In this document: positions 26,403 to 39,707 of the stretch, piece by piece
Layout of the letters: each line of letters opens with the position of its first letter
How positions within the stretch are numbered: position 1 is the stretch's first letter
Source of the DNA: Octopus sinensis
Lineage: Eukaryota
NCBI RefSeq assembly: GCF_006345805.1
Contig: NC_043001.1
Location: 114,638,001-114,702,000, forward strand
DNA length: 64,000 nucleotides
Reading direction: 5' to 3'
Made by a program: the position numbers and the translations under genes
Notes under the pieces: generated by a model
Told to the model about the DNA's origin: nothing
What the model saw: only the letters and a program-made list of their open reading frames with translations
Databases searched by the model: none

Positions 26403-26572
26403 TCACGACGATCTTCCACACGTTTACCCCACTAGCAAATTCATTCACAAAGCGTTAGTCAGTCCGGAGTTTTAGTAGGAAACTCCTGCCTATGGTGCTG
26501 CGCAATGGAACTGAACCTGAAACCAAGTGGTTTCATAGTAAAAGTCTTAAACATACCGACATGCGTGCGCCT
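26400..26572 (-). mobile_element. Decayed 5' half of the gtggctgtgtggtaag-family SINE
   Basis: aaccacttggtttcaggttcagttccattgcgcagcacc aligns to the 51910 head. Confidence 0.55.
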
Positions 26573-29561
26573 TTTATATATATATATATATATATATATG
26601 ATAACCAATATAAATGTTGGTCAGTTCCTTCATTCTGTTTTCAGAATTTAGAGAGTGAGTGTGTATAAAGTGTGTAAAAGAGAGATAGAGATATATGTAA
26701 CATAATAGGGCATGGCAGCAGGCAATGTGCAAAGGAGCGCAATACGGCGTGAGAGAAAATATATCGTAGAATAGGGAAGAGGAAAGACCAGAGAAGTTAT
26801 GGGAAGAGTTAAATAAATGAGACTTTTATTTGATTTGATTTTTCTTCAAGGTAAAAATTGTATTTCTTGAAAATTAGTAATCATTTCACCATTCTGCGTA
26901 AGTACCGAAACATATGGTAATTGTTAAATTGTAATTATTGTGTATATAATATACAAACCATACTTCCTGATAATAACCAAGAAGGTAAATTTATACTTCC
27001 AAAGGCAGCAGCAACTAATAATACAAGTTAAATAACAAATTACTTTTGTCAGAAAACCTTTGTTATAATTAAGAAATATATAGTACTTTATTGTTATTAA
27101 TTTTTATAATATATTTTGTTTTTCTCTCCATCTTGAATTGGAATAGGCAATGATAATCATACTTGATTTACTTTTATCAACTATACAGTAAAATGATGCG
27201 GATTACGATGGTTGTGTCTTAATGTGTCAATATTTAAACAATGTAAACCATATACCGTCTAATGCCATCATGGAAATGTTTTTATTTGAGAAGGTCAGGC
27301 TTATATACTTAACATTTCGTTTTAGCTTCTTCATTTCTAAGACTTCTAATAAATTTCTATTTATTTGAAATAAATAAGTTAGGCTTTAAATCAGCATTTT
27401 ACTTATGATTGATCGATTGCAGATGATTGTCTACCACTGAAGAAATGGAATATGAATGTCTATTAAAGAAAGGACACTCATTCACAATTTATATCCGATT
27501 AATTGTAATGGAGAGAAAAAAGGAGAGAGCGATAAAAAGAAGAGCAAAAGGGAAGACAGAAGAGGTGAAAGATGGATTAAGAGTAGAGGCTGTGAGATAT
27601 AATAAACTTTCGTTTCACAAGCATTCATTATATTTAGTTCTGGATTAAGATCACAGAAACCATCCATAACGTGTAGAGCGTTATTTCTTCTATTACCGCT
27701 TTTGTTTAATCCCTAGTTATCTTTTATAGAATAGCTATATGATCAAAATAATTTAACCGATGGTTAATCCTGACATGGTTGTCAACAATACTGTTCCTCC
27801 AACTCTACTATCCAATATATATCTTCCGTTTTTTGCCAACAGGAGGTGCATGAGCGAGATTTGAGGGTCAGTTTTGTTAGATCAATCGATCATATACAGG
27901 TCTTATTTGATCTTCTTGCTACAGTTGTTGATTCCTTAACCCAGGGAGAGACTATAATAAACCTGCTATACCAGTAACTATGCCTTGTTGTCTTTACTTG
28001 GTTACAGAGACTGAGCTAATAAACTGAATCCAGAAATTAACCCCAGAAACTCAACCTGCTAACTTGTGATCAATGGTCAAATACTGTAACCACTAAGCGG
28101 CACACCTTCTTCAAAAGCACTCCACTTATTTTAGTAAATATTGTTTTCATTTGATAGCTTGATTTATAGAGTGTATTTAGAATCATAGTACATGTGATTC
28201 GGTGTGGTAACCAATAACGAGATCAATACATTTTGGAAATTATTGTTTTCCAGTATTGATTTGTGTCAAATATATTTTCACAAAACTCAAGAGTCAACAA
28301 TATTTTTTTACAATATGAATATTTAGAAATTGAAAGTATTAAATAAATATTTTTTATATTTTAACTATAGAGGGAATTTGTTTGAAAATTTGCACGTACT
28401 TCATAGTTAAACAGACGCCAACATTTTTTGGCATTCCATAACATATATCGAGAAATATCGGTTTAAGAAACAGTAAATTTGATTTAACCGAATAAATTTT
28501 TTTTCGACATTTCACAATACAAACTGTACAAATTACTCACTTTTATCAATTTTAGTAATATTTATATAATGGCAAGGTGATAGAGGAATTAAAAGTACAC
28601 CTGAAGTTTTATAACAACATTGTCTCGTTAAAACAGGTGAGCTGCTTCAGTTCTAAATATTAAGTAAGCTGTTTAATATTAACTAGTTAGTTGTAGCTAA
28701 TACCAACAATGACTCTGCCACATGGCAATGCATTAGCTACAACATGCAAATAGTATTGCAAGCAGGAGTAATTCATTGAATTTTGTAGCTTAAAGAATAT
28801 AAAATTCAAACCACATTTTAATTTTTGATTTTTGATCTTCAAGGTTTCAAAAAATATTAGTAGTGTTCTCTATGACAAATGAATCGATATTCTATAAAAC
28901 GATAGCCGATAATTTCTTTTATGATACCAATAAAATTCCCTCCAATTCTTAATGTGGTGAATCAGGTTTATCATAATACTATCTCAATGTCTCTGTACCC
29001 ACTCTATATATATATCTATCTGTATATCTATCTATGTATCTCTCTCTCCCCCTCTCTCTCTCTGTATATATCTATACCTATTGGTGCTCTTAAGTTAGAC
29101 ATGGCCTGGACCAATCTTTGGTCGAAACATATCTAAGTTTATCTAAGTTTATATGTACATATCAGTATATATATATATTTCGTTTTTGGATTTGGTTTGC
29201 AAGATTCTTTATATGAGTTCGTGTGTTGAAGCATATTCTTAAATGTCTTAAATGTATGAAAATGTCTTAAATGTATGAAAAATAGAAGCCAAATCTCCTA
29301 CATATTGTTCCCTATCGTCTTAAAAATAAAAATGGGTACTGGATGAAATCATCCTCTATATACTGTATGTGGAAATATGGGTTGGTCATAGTTGGCGTGG
29401 GTTTGGTAAAAGATCTGCTGCATGAAGGCTGAGGTGGGGCTAAATGACAACTTCTAAAAACTAGTTGAACCAGCAAGAGAACCTCTATGCATTCACTTAC
29501 CCTTCTAACAATAGAAGCTACATCTCCCTCAACCACACCCACTTTGAAAACAAAGGACACT

Positions 29562-29775
29562 TTAGCCCTTTAGTGTTCAGATTATTCAATCAAATATAAT
29601 GCCTATTGATTCCCATTGATTTGAATTAATCATGCATTATTTCATATCTTCAAGTGTTTGGTGTAATTACTTAATGTAGAATAACATTGTAGGGTAGGTG
29701 TGAGAGCCTGGATCTGATCAGTTTGAACATAAAACAGATTAACTATTTTGGCCGGTTTAAATACTAAAGGGTTAA
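29562..29775. mobile_element. piggyBac-type MITE
   Basis: Left ttag-ccctttagtgtt and right aatactaaaggg-ttaa: CCC/GGG termini, TTAA target site (left copy mutated). Confidence 0.7.
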
Positions 29776-29970
29776 ATAATGTAGTCCACGGACATAGGAT
29801 GGTCATGGCTGGAATGCTTTTGATCATAGATCTGCTGGATGAGGGCTAACCTCAAGTTAAGCATTAAATTCCAATCTTTGTTTCATCAGATTTAACCCTT
29901 TTGACACCAATCCACCTGAGACCACCCTCACTGATTCTATGATACAAACTTCCTGTCTTATATATATATA

Positions 29971-30196
29971 CTCTGATGTGTCTGGGGAGAGTCCGGTAAC
30001 ATTTCCACTTATTTCATATTTTTATTCTCCAAAAATTTTCGTTGCGTCTTGCAAACTTTTCAATGACTATTGTAAAGGTTGCAAGACGCAACGAAAATTT
30101 TAGGAGAATAAAAATAAGAAATGTGGAAATTTTACCGGTGAGTGTATTACATTATAAGGCACAAAAAGAAAATGACTCTCCCCAGACACATCAGAG
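29971..30196. mobile_element. 226-bp fold-back of two head-to-head PLE-type termini, each carrying a U3-A8 hammerhead variant
   Basis: ctctgatgtgtctggggagagtc/gactctccccagacacatcagag outer arms; ~70-bp inner arms around a 4-nt gact loop; (TA)n on both flanks. Confidence 0.8.
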
Positions 30197-30884
30197 TATA
30201 TATATATATATATATATATATACTTACATTCATTATATACGCACGCACATACACACATTTCCGTCACGTTTTTGTTTAATTTTATAATCCTCTTGTATTT
30301 TTGTTCTTGTAATCTGAATGTGATTCTTGCCATTAATATTTCTGTTGAACCCTTACATGTTTGTAAACAGTAAATATTAATTAGGTTGCATACAACTGCG
30401 TATAAGCATCTGTACGAATTCAATGATGACCTCTTGTGTACCATTTAATATAAAGCAAGTTTAAATTTTTGGCAGTCGATATATACTAAGTACTGTACGT
30501 TGTTGTTCTGTGCAGCTGCCAAACTTGCTCGAATAACGAACTAAACTACAGGTAGTAACCAATGTATAGATAAGGATATACTTTCAATTTACTAATCTTC
30601 AGTAATACTTTTCAGCTAAATGTTTAATGAATTTATCTAGTTTATGAGCCTTGTAATAATATTAGCTTCGAAACATTTACTAATCGTATCCTTTCACCAA
30701 ACACACGAACGTGCGCGTGTTCGAGCATACACACGCACACACATACACGCATGCACACACGCACACATACACACTTACACACATTCATACACATATAATC
30801 GTGAATGCCACTCGGAACGGATTATGATTTGATAGCATGTACATATGCTTCGCAATTTGTTGTTGGTATCTATACTATTACTGT

Positions 30885-31060
30885 GGGCTAGCGGTTGACT
30901 AGCGGTTAGCGCGTTGCATTCACATCCGCAAATTCGTGGTTTCGGATTCCCGGATCGTTAAAGCTTTTGGTTCTTTAGAAAGATAATTCATTTCAAGTTG
31001 CTCCATTCCACTCAGCAGGAAATGGGAAACAATGCGACGGACTAAATTTCATTTCAAGTG
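30885..31060 (+). mobile_element. Decayed CORE-like SINE
   Basis: tagcggttagcgcg...ggtttcggattcccgg...gttgctccattccactcagcaggaaatggg. Confidence 0.45.
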
Positions 31061-31526
31061 TAATATCGCCCTGTCCACCTAGCCGGCGCAGTAGCATAGT
31101 TAGAAAGCTACAACTACAAGTGGAAGCAAATAGTGACCAGCAGTGTATAATTCTTTTGAATATTATGCACTAACAAGCAGATATGTCTCCCTCTCCTGAG
31201 CATCCCATTCTTGAGTCGGCCGAATATTGAGTATATGGCAATTACAGAGGCCGCGGTAAGGCTGTTCCAGCAGAGAACTGGTGTCTATTTTGTTCAACCT
31301 ACTACACCACAGCGACGTCAAATAAAGCACCGACGCAATATACTGTCCAATAATCAAGTGGATGACCTGTATGCTTATGAATCCAACATTGTAAAAACAA
31401 GGAACACGCCCATTCACTTTATGTATCTGTATGCTAATTTGTATGCGTGCATACATATACATGCATTATATTTATACACAGATAGTCATACACACATACA
31501 TATATATAATATATATATATATATAC

Positions 31527-31564
<38 letters not shown>

Positions 31565-32824
31565 TTATAATATATAATATATATATATATATATATATGC
31601 ATTTATGTACGTCTGTATGCATGTATGTATGAATATATATACATACAGACTGAGAGTTGTGAAAGATGAATTGCTAAGGGGGAAAATATTGGTAGGGCAG
31701 ATAATTGTTCACTCATTTATTTTGCTGTAAAGGGGAGGTAAATCTGTAAATTTTATATTTTTGTAGGCCCAAATTCACTCGTCAACAACATCGAAGCCAA
31801 TAGTAAGACATACGGAAGACCTAACTGTGGTGTATGTATCAGCCTAATTGAGAGATCGTTATTCTCTTTCAAACAGAGTCAACGTTTTAAAGTGAAAATC
31901 AACTTTCACATGTGCTTCAGAAAACCTAATATATGTATTAACTTGCTAAGGATGTTGAGAACAATATAGCGATCAAACTAAAATCAGTCTACACCAGAGG
32001 ATGATGCTACATAGATCCTAGATTAAAATACGAGAATACGAGAAAAATAGGATTAAGCGCGGACATTGATATTTGCAACACTAACGAAGAATCTAACTTT
32101 GGAACTTTTCCCAGTTATAAATTCAGGGACAATGCAACTTATAATCAACACATTAGCAAAGAAGCATATTCTATCGCAAAATGTAAACCTACTTTGAATG
32201 CTTTCACCACAGATGAAACTACTACAAGAATTTAGAACAATTCCAACCACTACAGCTACGACTACAACAAGTCACTTTTAGGTCATTAGACCATTAAATA
32301 ATAATACACGAACAACCTACTATGTGACAGCACTCTTGTATTTTTTCTTTAATTTCTTTTCTTTCTCCTTCTTCCCTACTCCTACACCTCTGCCTTCTTC
32401 ATCGTCTCCTCCTCCTCCTCCTCCTTTCTTCTTCTTCTTCTTCTCCGTCTTCTTCTCCTCCCTCAGCTCCTCCTGCTTAAAACATCAATTTCCTGTACTC
32501 AAAACTATTCCTTTAGATTTACTACCTCCTACCTACTAAGCATTCACAAAGGAAGAGAGAGACAGACAGACAGACTATTTGAAGACTATGGAAATATTTA
32601 CAAAATATTTCACTTAATTGTTTTCTCCAATTTGTTTTTCTTATTTTACATTTAGATGGAAAAGTCTAAAAGTCGGAAACCGGTACTAAAATGTAATTCA
32701 TGATGAAATTATTTTATCATTTTCTACTTTGTCTTATTTTCCTTATACATACCAACTCGCGTGTTACTTTTCTACATTCTACACACGCACCCGAGCACAC
32801 ACACAAACAAACATATATATGGGA

Positions 32825-33660
32825 GTTGGTTTGCAAGATTCTTTATGAGAGTTCGTGTGTTGAAGCATATTGCGTTATGTCTGGCGAAAGATATTCCTTT
32901 TAGTGCCTTATTATTTGCAGCCTTTTCAATAGTCGTTGACTCTGTTCGTTATCCTAGCGCTTGTGTGTGGGTCAGTGTGTGCGTATACACATATATGTAT
33001 GCGTGCATGCGTGTGTGTATACATGTATGTATGTGTGTGTGTGCGTGTGTATATATATATGGCTGAGTGTCTCTATCTGTGTCTTTCTGTGAAGTGAAGT
33101 GTGTGTGTGTATGGTCATGTATTTCAGACTTTATTTGTGTATGTGTGTGCATGTGTGCTTGTCTGTTTATATTACCTGTCCGTCTGTACCTGTCTGTCTA
33201 TGTGTTTACATTCATATCTATATGTCTACATACATATACATATACAAATGCATATACACATACACACATACATCTACATAACAACCCACTAACTATTCTA
33301 CCTGTATATAAAGCGCAAACAGATAAATAAGCAGAATGCATACATAAAAACGAACACACATACATACATGTAAACATACGCACACACACATACACATATA
33401 CACATCCATACATAAATACACACATACAAGCATACATACATACATATGTATACGCACACATACTGACCCACACAGATACGCAGAAACAAGCAAAAAGAAT
33501 GCAGCTCAGATAAAGGACAGAATCAACGACTATTGAAAAGGTGGCAATAATCAATGAAAATTTTAGGTAAAATAAATAAGTAAATGAGTGGAAACTTTAC
33601 CGGTGAGTATGTTAACTAATAGGGCGCTAAAAGAGAATGACTCCTCCTAGACACAACAAT
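32825..33660. mobile_element. Longer, older member of the 29971 fold-back family
   Basis: Inverted arms ttttcaatagtcgttga...gtgggtcagt (about 32925-33060) and actgacccac...tcaacgactattgaaaag (about 33375-33545); right end colinear with 30070-30190. Confidence 0.7.
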
Positions 33661-33684
33661 ATATTTTTTTTCTGGCTGATATAT

Positions 33685-34094
33685 GTAAATTTATATCACG
33701 AACTCCTCAATATATCGCGGGGCGGGTTTCTGCGGCCGATAAGTATATTTTTTAGATTTCAATTATTTCTGCGGTAAAATAAAGACTTTCACACTTAAAA
33801 ATGAATAAATTATTAAATAAAAACACAGTACAGTACTGCATTATATCACACATTAATTAAAATATATTAAAATATATATGTAGTATACCGTTAACAAAGA
33901 ATCGCACATACGGTATGGAGAACGGAACTTGGGAAGCGTGTGTGTAGTGCTGTTTTGCATTTATAAAAAAAATAAATATATACAAATTATAGAAATAATA
34001 AAAAAGATATATACAGTACTATCTCTATTTCGCGAACTTTTACAAATCTTGGGTGTTTTTGGAACGTAACACCCGCGATAGGGGAAGGATTAAT

Positions 34095-34097
<3 letters not shown>
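33685..34097. mobile_element. pogo/Tigger-like MITE
   Basis: Right end ggaacgtaacacccgcgataggggaaggattaatg resembles a CAGTAATCCC-type TIR; internal tttctgcggccgata is shared with 57870-57962. Confidence 0.55.
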
Positions 34098-34187
<90 letters not shown>

Positions 34188-34188
<1 letters not shown>

Positions 34189-34465
34189 GTTTAAATATTG
34201 TTGTGCAAGATTTTTTATGTGAAGTCGTGTGTTGAACAGATATTGTCATATTTCGGATTGGTCATATTGCGAGTTTAGCCAATAAATAAGAAAGAAGAAA
34301 ACGAAGGACCACTGATGCGGTCACAGGAGTGTGACGAAAGAACTCTGGCCGAAATAAGATTAAGATTAATGTAAAAATTAAATAACACTGAAGCAAAATA
34401 ACACCAAATATACAGTGCGTGTGTTTTTTATTGGCTAAACTGGCAATATGACCATTCCGAAATAT

Positions 34466-34473
<8 letters not shown>
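34188..34473 (+). mobile_element. Short PLE-type terminus with 47-bp inverted repeats enclosing a hammerhead (34306-34350)
   Basis: atattgtcatatttcggattggtcatattgcgagtttagccaataaa (about 34240-34287) versus its reverse complement at about 34427-34473; GGACCA-CTGATGC-G-GTCAC-aggagt-GTGAC-GAAAGAACTC-TGGCC. Confidence 0.7.
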
Positions 34474-34505
<32 letters not shown>

Positions 34506-34508
<3 letters not shown>

Positions 34509-34796
34509 GTGACCGACCAGGCTATTAGATGTCGCTATACATCGCTGGTCACAATGAGCTTCGCATTGTTTTAGCCTTCAAATGACACCACCCCGCTGGC
34601 TAAGTGAGCAGGCCAACAGAAGAAAGAGAGAAAGTTATGGCGAAAGAGGACAGTTGGGTTCGCCACCACCCCCTGCCGGAACCTCATAGAACTTTAGGTG
34701 TTTTGGCTCAATAAACACTCACAACGCCCGGTCTGGGAATCGAAACCACGACCCTACAACCGCGAGTCCGCTGCTCCAACCACTGGGCCATTGCGC

Positions 34797-34799
<3 letters not shown>
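34506..34799 (-). mobile_element. tRNA(Arg)-like SINE; same head as 24936 but a different body
   Basis: gaggcgcaatggcccagtggtt...ggtttcgattcccagaccgggcgttgtgagtgtttattgag. Confidence 0.85.
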
Positions 34800-34833
<34 letters not shown>

Positions 34834-34859
34834 ACACACACACACATATATATATATCT

Positions 34860-35075
34860 CGCCCGCCTTCTAAGGCCACTGGTCGACATTCTTTCTCTCT
34901 CGTCGTCCACTATAATCCAGCGTTTGCAATACTTTTTTCGTCTGGCGTAAACAGCCCTTCTTATCTTGTTCTCCTTGTCCTGTCTCTCACTGTTATATTT
35001 TTATTTTTCCACTGTTTATATATATTTTTTTACTGTTTATATGTTTGTACTGTCGTTGCCGTCTTGCTTTTTTTT
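34860..35075. repeat. Unclassified interspersed repeat; inverted homologue at 63365-63620
   Basis: Shared gcgtttgcaatacttttttcgt...aacagcccttcttatcttg...tttttactgtttatat. Confidence 0.7.
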
Positions 35076-35079
35076 TTTT

Positions 35080-35625
35080 TTTTTTACATAATTGTCACAT
35101 TACATGTATAAATATAGTGTTTGGTAACAGAGATATGTTAAGGGCATAAAGACGTTCAATAGTGTGATGAGAATATTTGGAAAAATTGGCAGAAAAGAAT
35201 AAAACAAATATATTATTGGAAATTTGGTTGCGTTAATTATTGGTTGTCGCAAATTGTCACATTACATGTATATATATACAGTCTTTGGTAGAAAGGACAT
35301 GTTAAAGACATAAGGAAGTGCAATAGTTTAGTGAGAAAATTTGTAATATTGACAGAAAAAATTAAGATGGATATTTTATACATCTCAGAATATTTTGAAA
35401 TGAAGGCGAGAATTTGTTTTTACTGACCTGTTCGCTTTAGCAGAAAAGTTGAATTGAGAGAAGAAAATGTGTACCCAGTTTTGCTTATGGTTCCCCTTTA
35501 AGCATCAATGATTTTGGGGTTATTGGGAGGTGAGTATGCGGGTGTGAATAGATGTGTCCGTGTGCCTGCGGTATTTGGTCAGACGGCGTCTGTTTGTCAC
35601 ACACATATACACACACACACAACAC
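35080..35625. repeat. Left arm of the long inverted repeat flanking the PLE
   Basis: Reverse complement of 39095-39637; roughly a dozen differences by eye; two internal ~165-bp diverged direct units. Confidence 0.95.
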
Positions 35626-35679
35626 ACACACACACATAGTATACAAACACACACCACATACACACAAAAAGCAACTATA

Positions 35680-37705
35680 ATCCCATAAAAGGGAAAAACA
35701 AAACCTTAGACAAATTTTGCGATTACATCTCAAACTTCCCTTATGGTGAACTCCTACAACCTAAACTCAAACCCAACACCAGTAAAAGAGGATGGGAAAT
35801 CATCCATACGCTACGAGACAATCATGACGTCACAATAAAGGAAGCTGATAAGGGTAGTACGGTCGTTGTTATGAATACTGAGCAGTATAAAAACTCTGTA
35901 TCTCTCCTTTTAGAGGATACCACATACTATGAAAGAGTAGTCGACTACCAGCAATCCAAAACAATGACCAACTGAAGGCACTCATTTACAACACCGGAAT
36001 GACCTGACAGCAAAGGAATGCGACTACATTACTAAATTTAATTGCAAAACCAGCACACTCTATGGGCTTCCAAAATACACAAGAGTCAAATTATCACAGA
36101 AGCTTGCAAAAAGTCCACTTCAACCTGCATCACTATACCACATCCCACTGATCTCAAACTGAGACCAATAGTGGCAAGGCCCAAGTTGTGAAACACACAG
36201 ACTTAGCAACTTTATAGATATCATCTTAAAGCCAATACTGAAACACATTCCAAGTATTGTAAGAGATGACCTGGACCTATTAAATCATCCCCCAAACATA
36301 CCGATAAAGACACTTTAATCGTTTCCTTTGATGTAATTAATCTTTACACCACAATCCCACATGAATAAGACTGGAAGCCATTAAATTCTGGCTGGATAAA
36401 TATCCCAATGAGATCCCGAAAGAATTTTAAAAAAAAATTCATAATTGAGGGCCTCAAATTTATTCTGCAAAACAACTTCATGTATTTCCACAACAACACT
36501 TACAGACAGGTCTCAGGAACTGCAATGGGTACGAAAGTTGCACCTACCTATGCAAACCTGGGATGGGCCTACCTGGAATCACATATCTATGAAAAATCCA
36601 AATATAAGTACGGCCAGTCTTTCCACAAATACCTGTTGGAGAACTGGAAACGCTACTTAGATGATTGCTTCATCCTATGGTCCCACACACTCGACCAACT
36701 TACAGACTTCAAAAACCTTATCAACAGTGTGTAAATAACAACATTCAATTAACAATGGAATATAGTCAGGACCAAATCCCTTTTCTTGACATCCTAATCA
36801 TTAAAAAAGGCGTCAACATTGAAACTGACATCCATTACAAAACCACTGACTCTAAACAATACTTCTATTCACCTCCAATCAACCAAAACACACAAAGAAA
36901 TATCCCCTTCAACCTAGCGAGAAGAATCTGCACTATTGTTCTCAATGACACAACACGAAATAGAAGACTCCGGGAACTAAGGGCAATTCTTCTCGAAAGA
37001 CATTACCCGGCATCACTAGTAGACAACGGAATAGAACGGGCCAAATCAATCAACATTCAAGACCTACGAAAACCCAAACACAACCACAGTACAGTAAATA
37101 GCCTCCCCTACTCTCAACACACAACCCAAGGAATGCAGAAGCTTACACTATTATATACAACAACATTCCACAACTAAATCAAGACCCACGCCTGGAAAAA
37201 AATACTGGCAGCTCATAAATAATAAAAAGTAAGAGACAACCTAAATCCCTAAAAAAAACTCTCACCAACGCAAAATTACACAACACAACCCCACCGCCCA
37301 CATCAAAAAATGTGGTCGCCCAACTGCAGGACTTGCATCCACCTCATTGAGGGATCGTCGTACAAGTTCCACTCGGGACAAACATTCATCATAAAAAATA
37401 ATTTCACGTGCGCATCAAAAAATCTACTCTACGTCATAAGGTGTGAAGGATGCCACGAAGACTACATAGGGCAAACGAGCCTTACCCTCAGAGAAAGAAT
37501 GACGGTTCACCGATAACAACTGAGGGATCCCTCCACAAGACAGATACCACTAAGTGGACACTTAGACCTTTGTGCACACAATAAGTCCCCCAAATTCTTA
37601 GTCTTCCCACTATACCAATGCTCGAACAACACCACAGACCAAACACGAATAAATAGGGAAAGTAATGTTATTCAAAAATACAGACCACAACTAAACATAC
37701 TCTAA
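35680..37705 (+). mobile_element. 5'-truncated Penelope-like retroelement: RT plus C-terminal GIY-YIG endonuclease, frameshifted (Neptune/Naiad-like Cys linker)
   Basis: Motifs IKEADKGSTVVVM, YGLPK.HK, LRPIV, SFDVINLYTTIP, YRQVSGTAMGTKVAPTYANL, WKRYLDDCF, CGRPNCRTC, LYVIRCEGCHEDYIGQT...VHR...GHL; stop at 37703-37705; many 1-bp indels. Confidence 0.95.
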
Positions 37706-37849
37706 CATACCCCCTGGGCACACATCCAGAGCAAGCACAGAGGGACACGCGCACACTCACAACATATCGTGCGGGCGGACACATGCGCGCATCGGCACGC
37801 ATAGGACACACTAGCGGGCATTGACCGCACACATACGTGGCACGCACAC

Positions 37850-38001
37850 GCATGCATTATATATATGTAGGTTATGTATGTGTGTGAGTGTAGTGTGTGT
37901 GTGTATGTGTGCACTGTGTGCGCGCGCGCGCGTGTGTGTGTGTGTGTGTGCGCGCGTTGTGTGTGTGTGTGCGCGTGTGTATATATGTGTGTGTGTGTGT
38001 G

Positions 38002-38033
<32 letters not shown>

Positions 38034-38076
38034 CCATTGTGTACGTGTGTATGTATTTACATGTGTATTTGTTGTT

Positions 38077-38107
<31 letters not shown>

Positions 38108-38305
38108 TGTGCGTGTAAATGCATGGTATATTTGTATATATGAGTACATTGTTTGTGTGTGTGTGCGGTATGTAGAGATATATTTGAGTGTGTACGCTAT
38201 AGGTTTGTATTTTGTGTGTGTGGGTATGTGTGTGAATTTTCTATATATATATATGTGTGTGTATATGTGTGTGAAAATATTTATATGTACATGTATATAT
38301 GTATG

Positions 38306-38336
<31 letters not shown>

Positions 38337-39120
38337 TATGTAATATATATGTGTGTATGTATCTGTGTGTGTATGTGTGTGTGTGTATATATATTTGCAT
38401 GTATATGTTTGTATAAACATGTGCATTATTTGCATGCGCATTGTGTATATGTATATTGCATGTATGTGTATTGTATTGTATGTGTACAATTAAGTGTATA
38501 TGTGTGTGTATGTGTGCATGTTAATATGTATATTGTAGGTGTGTTATATATGCATGAATACATGTATATACATTGCATGTATATATAGTATCCATTGTGT
38601 ATGTGTATGTTATGTGTGTGTGTGTATAATATATATTATATTAGGTATGCGTACGTGTATATGTATACATTGTATGTATGCATATTGTGTGTATATGTGG
38701 TATATTTATGTATGTGTATGTAACACTATTTATATGTATAGATATATGTATATATGTATATGCATTGTCTATATATATATATATTATATGTATGTATTGC
38801 GTATGTATATTGCATGCATATATTGTGTATGTGTATTATATACATGCTGTGTATGTGTATTGTATGTATATATTTGCTAGGTGTATTTGTGTGATATTTA
38901 TATTATATATGTATGTGTGCGTGTGTGTGTGTGTATGTGTGTTGTGTGTGTATGTGTGTTATATATGTGTGTATATTATATATAAATACATGTTATATTT
39001 GTGTGCTGTGTGTGTATATTATATATGTGGGTGCGTTGTGTATGTGTGTGTTCTGTGTGTGTGTGTGTGTTGAGTGTATGTGGTGTGTGTGGTGTGTTGT
39101 GTGTGTGTATATATGTGTGT
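37850..39120. repeat. ~1.3-kb (TG)n/(TA)n/(CG)n compound microsatellite
   Basis: Direct reading. Confidence 0.95.
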
Positions 39121-39637
39121 GACAAACAGACGCCGTCTGACCAAATACCGCAGGCACACGGACACATCTATTCACACCCGCATACTCACCTCCCAATAAC
39201 CCCAAAATCATTGATGCTTAAAGGGGAACCATAAACAAAACTGGGTACACATTTTTTTCTCTCAATTCAACTTTTCTGCTAAATCGAACAGGTCAGTAAA
39301 AACAAATTCTCGGCTTCATTTCAAAATATTCTGAGATGTATAAAATATCCATCTTAATTTTTTCTGTCAATATTACAAATTTTCTCACCAAACTATTGCA
39401 CTTCTTTATGTCTTTAACATGTCCTTTCTACCAAAGACTGTATATATATACATGTAATGTGACAATTTGCGACAACCAATAATTAACGCAACCAAATTTC
39501 CAATAATATATTTGTTTTATTCTTTTCTTCCATTTTTCCAAATATTCTCATCACACTATTGAACGTCTTTATGCCCTTAACATATCTCTGTTACCAACAC
39601 TATATTTATCATGTATGTGACAATTATGTATAAAAAA
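39095..39637. repeat. Right arm of the long inverted repeat
   Basis: Reverse complement of 35080-35625; followed by a ~45-bp tandem duplication. Confidence 0.95.
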
Positions 39638-39707
39638 CATTTTTGAATTCATAATATTCAATGTGACAATTATGTAAAAAACTTTTTTGAACCCATAATA
39701 TTCAATG

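Noticed and set aside
31211-31430. Protein-like ORF MSRPNIEYMAITEAAVRLF...
   Set aside because: No recognisable motif or splice support; runs into a microsatellite
35965-35980. In-frame TGA in the PLE ORF as selenocysteine (Naiad-type)
   Set aside because: Better explained by a 1-bp frameshift; no SECIS recognised
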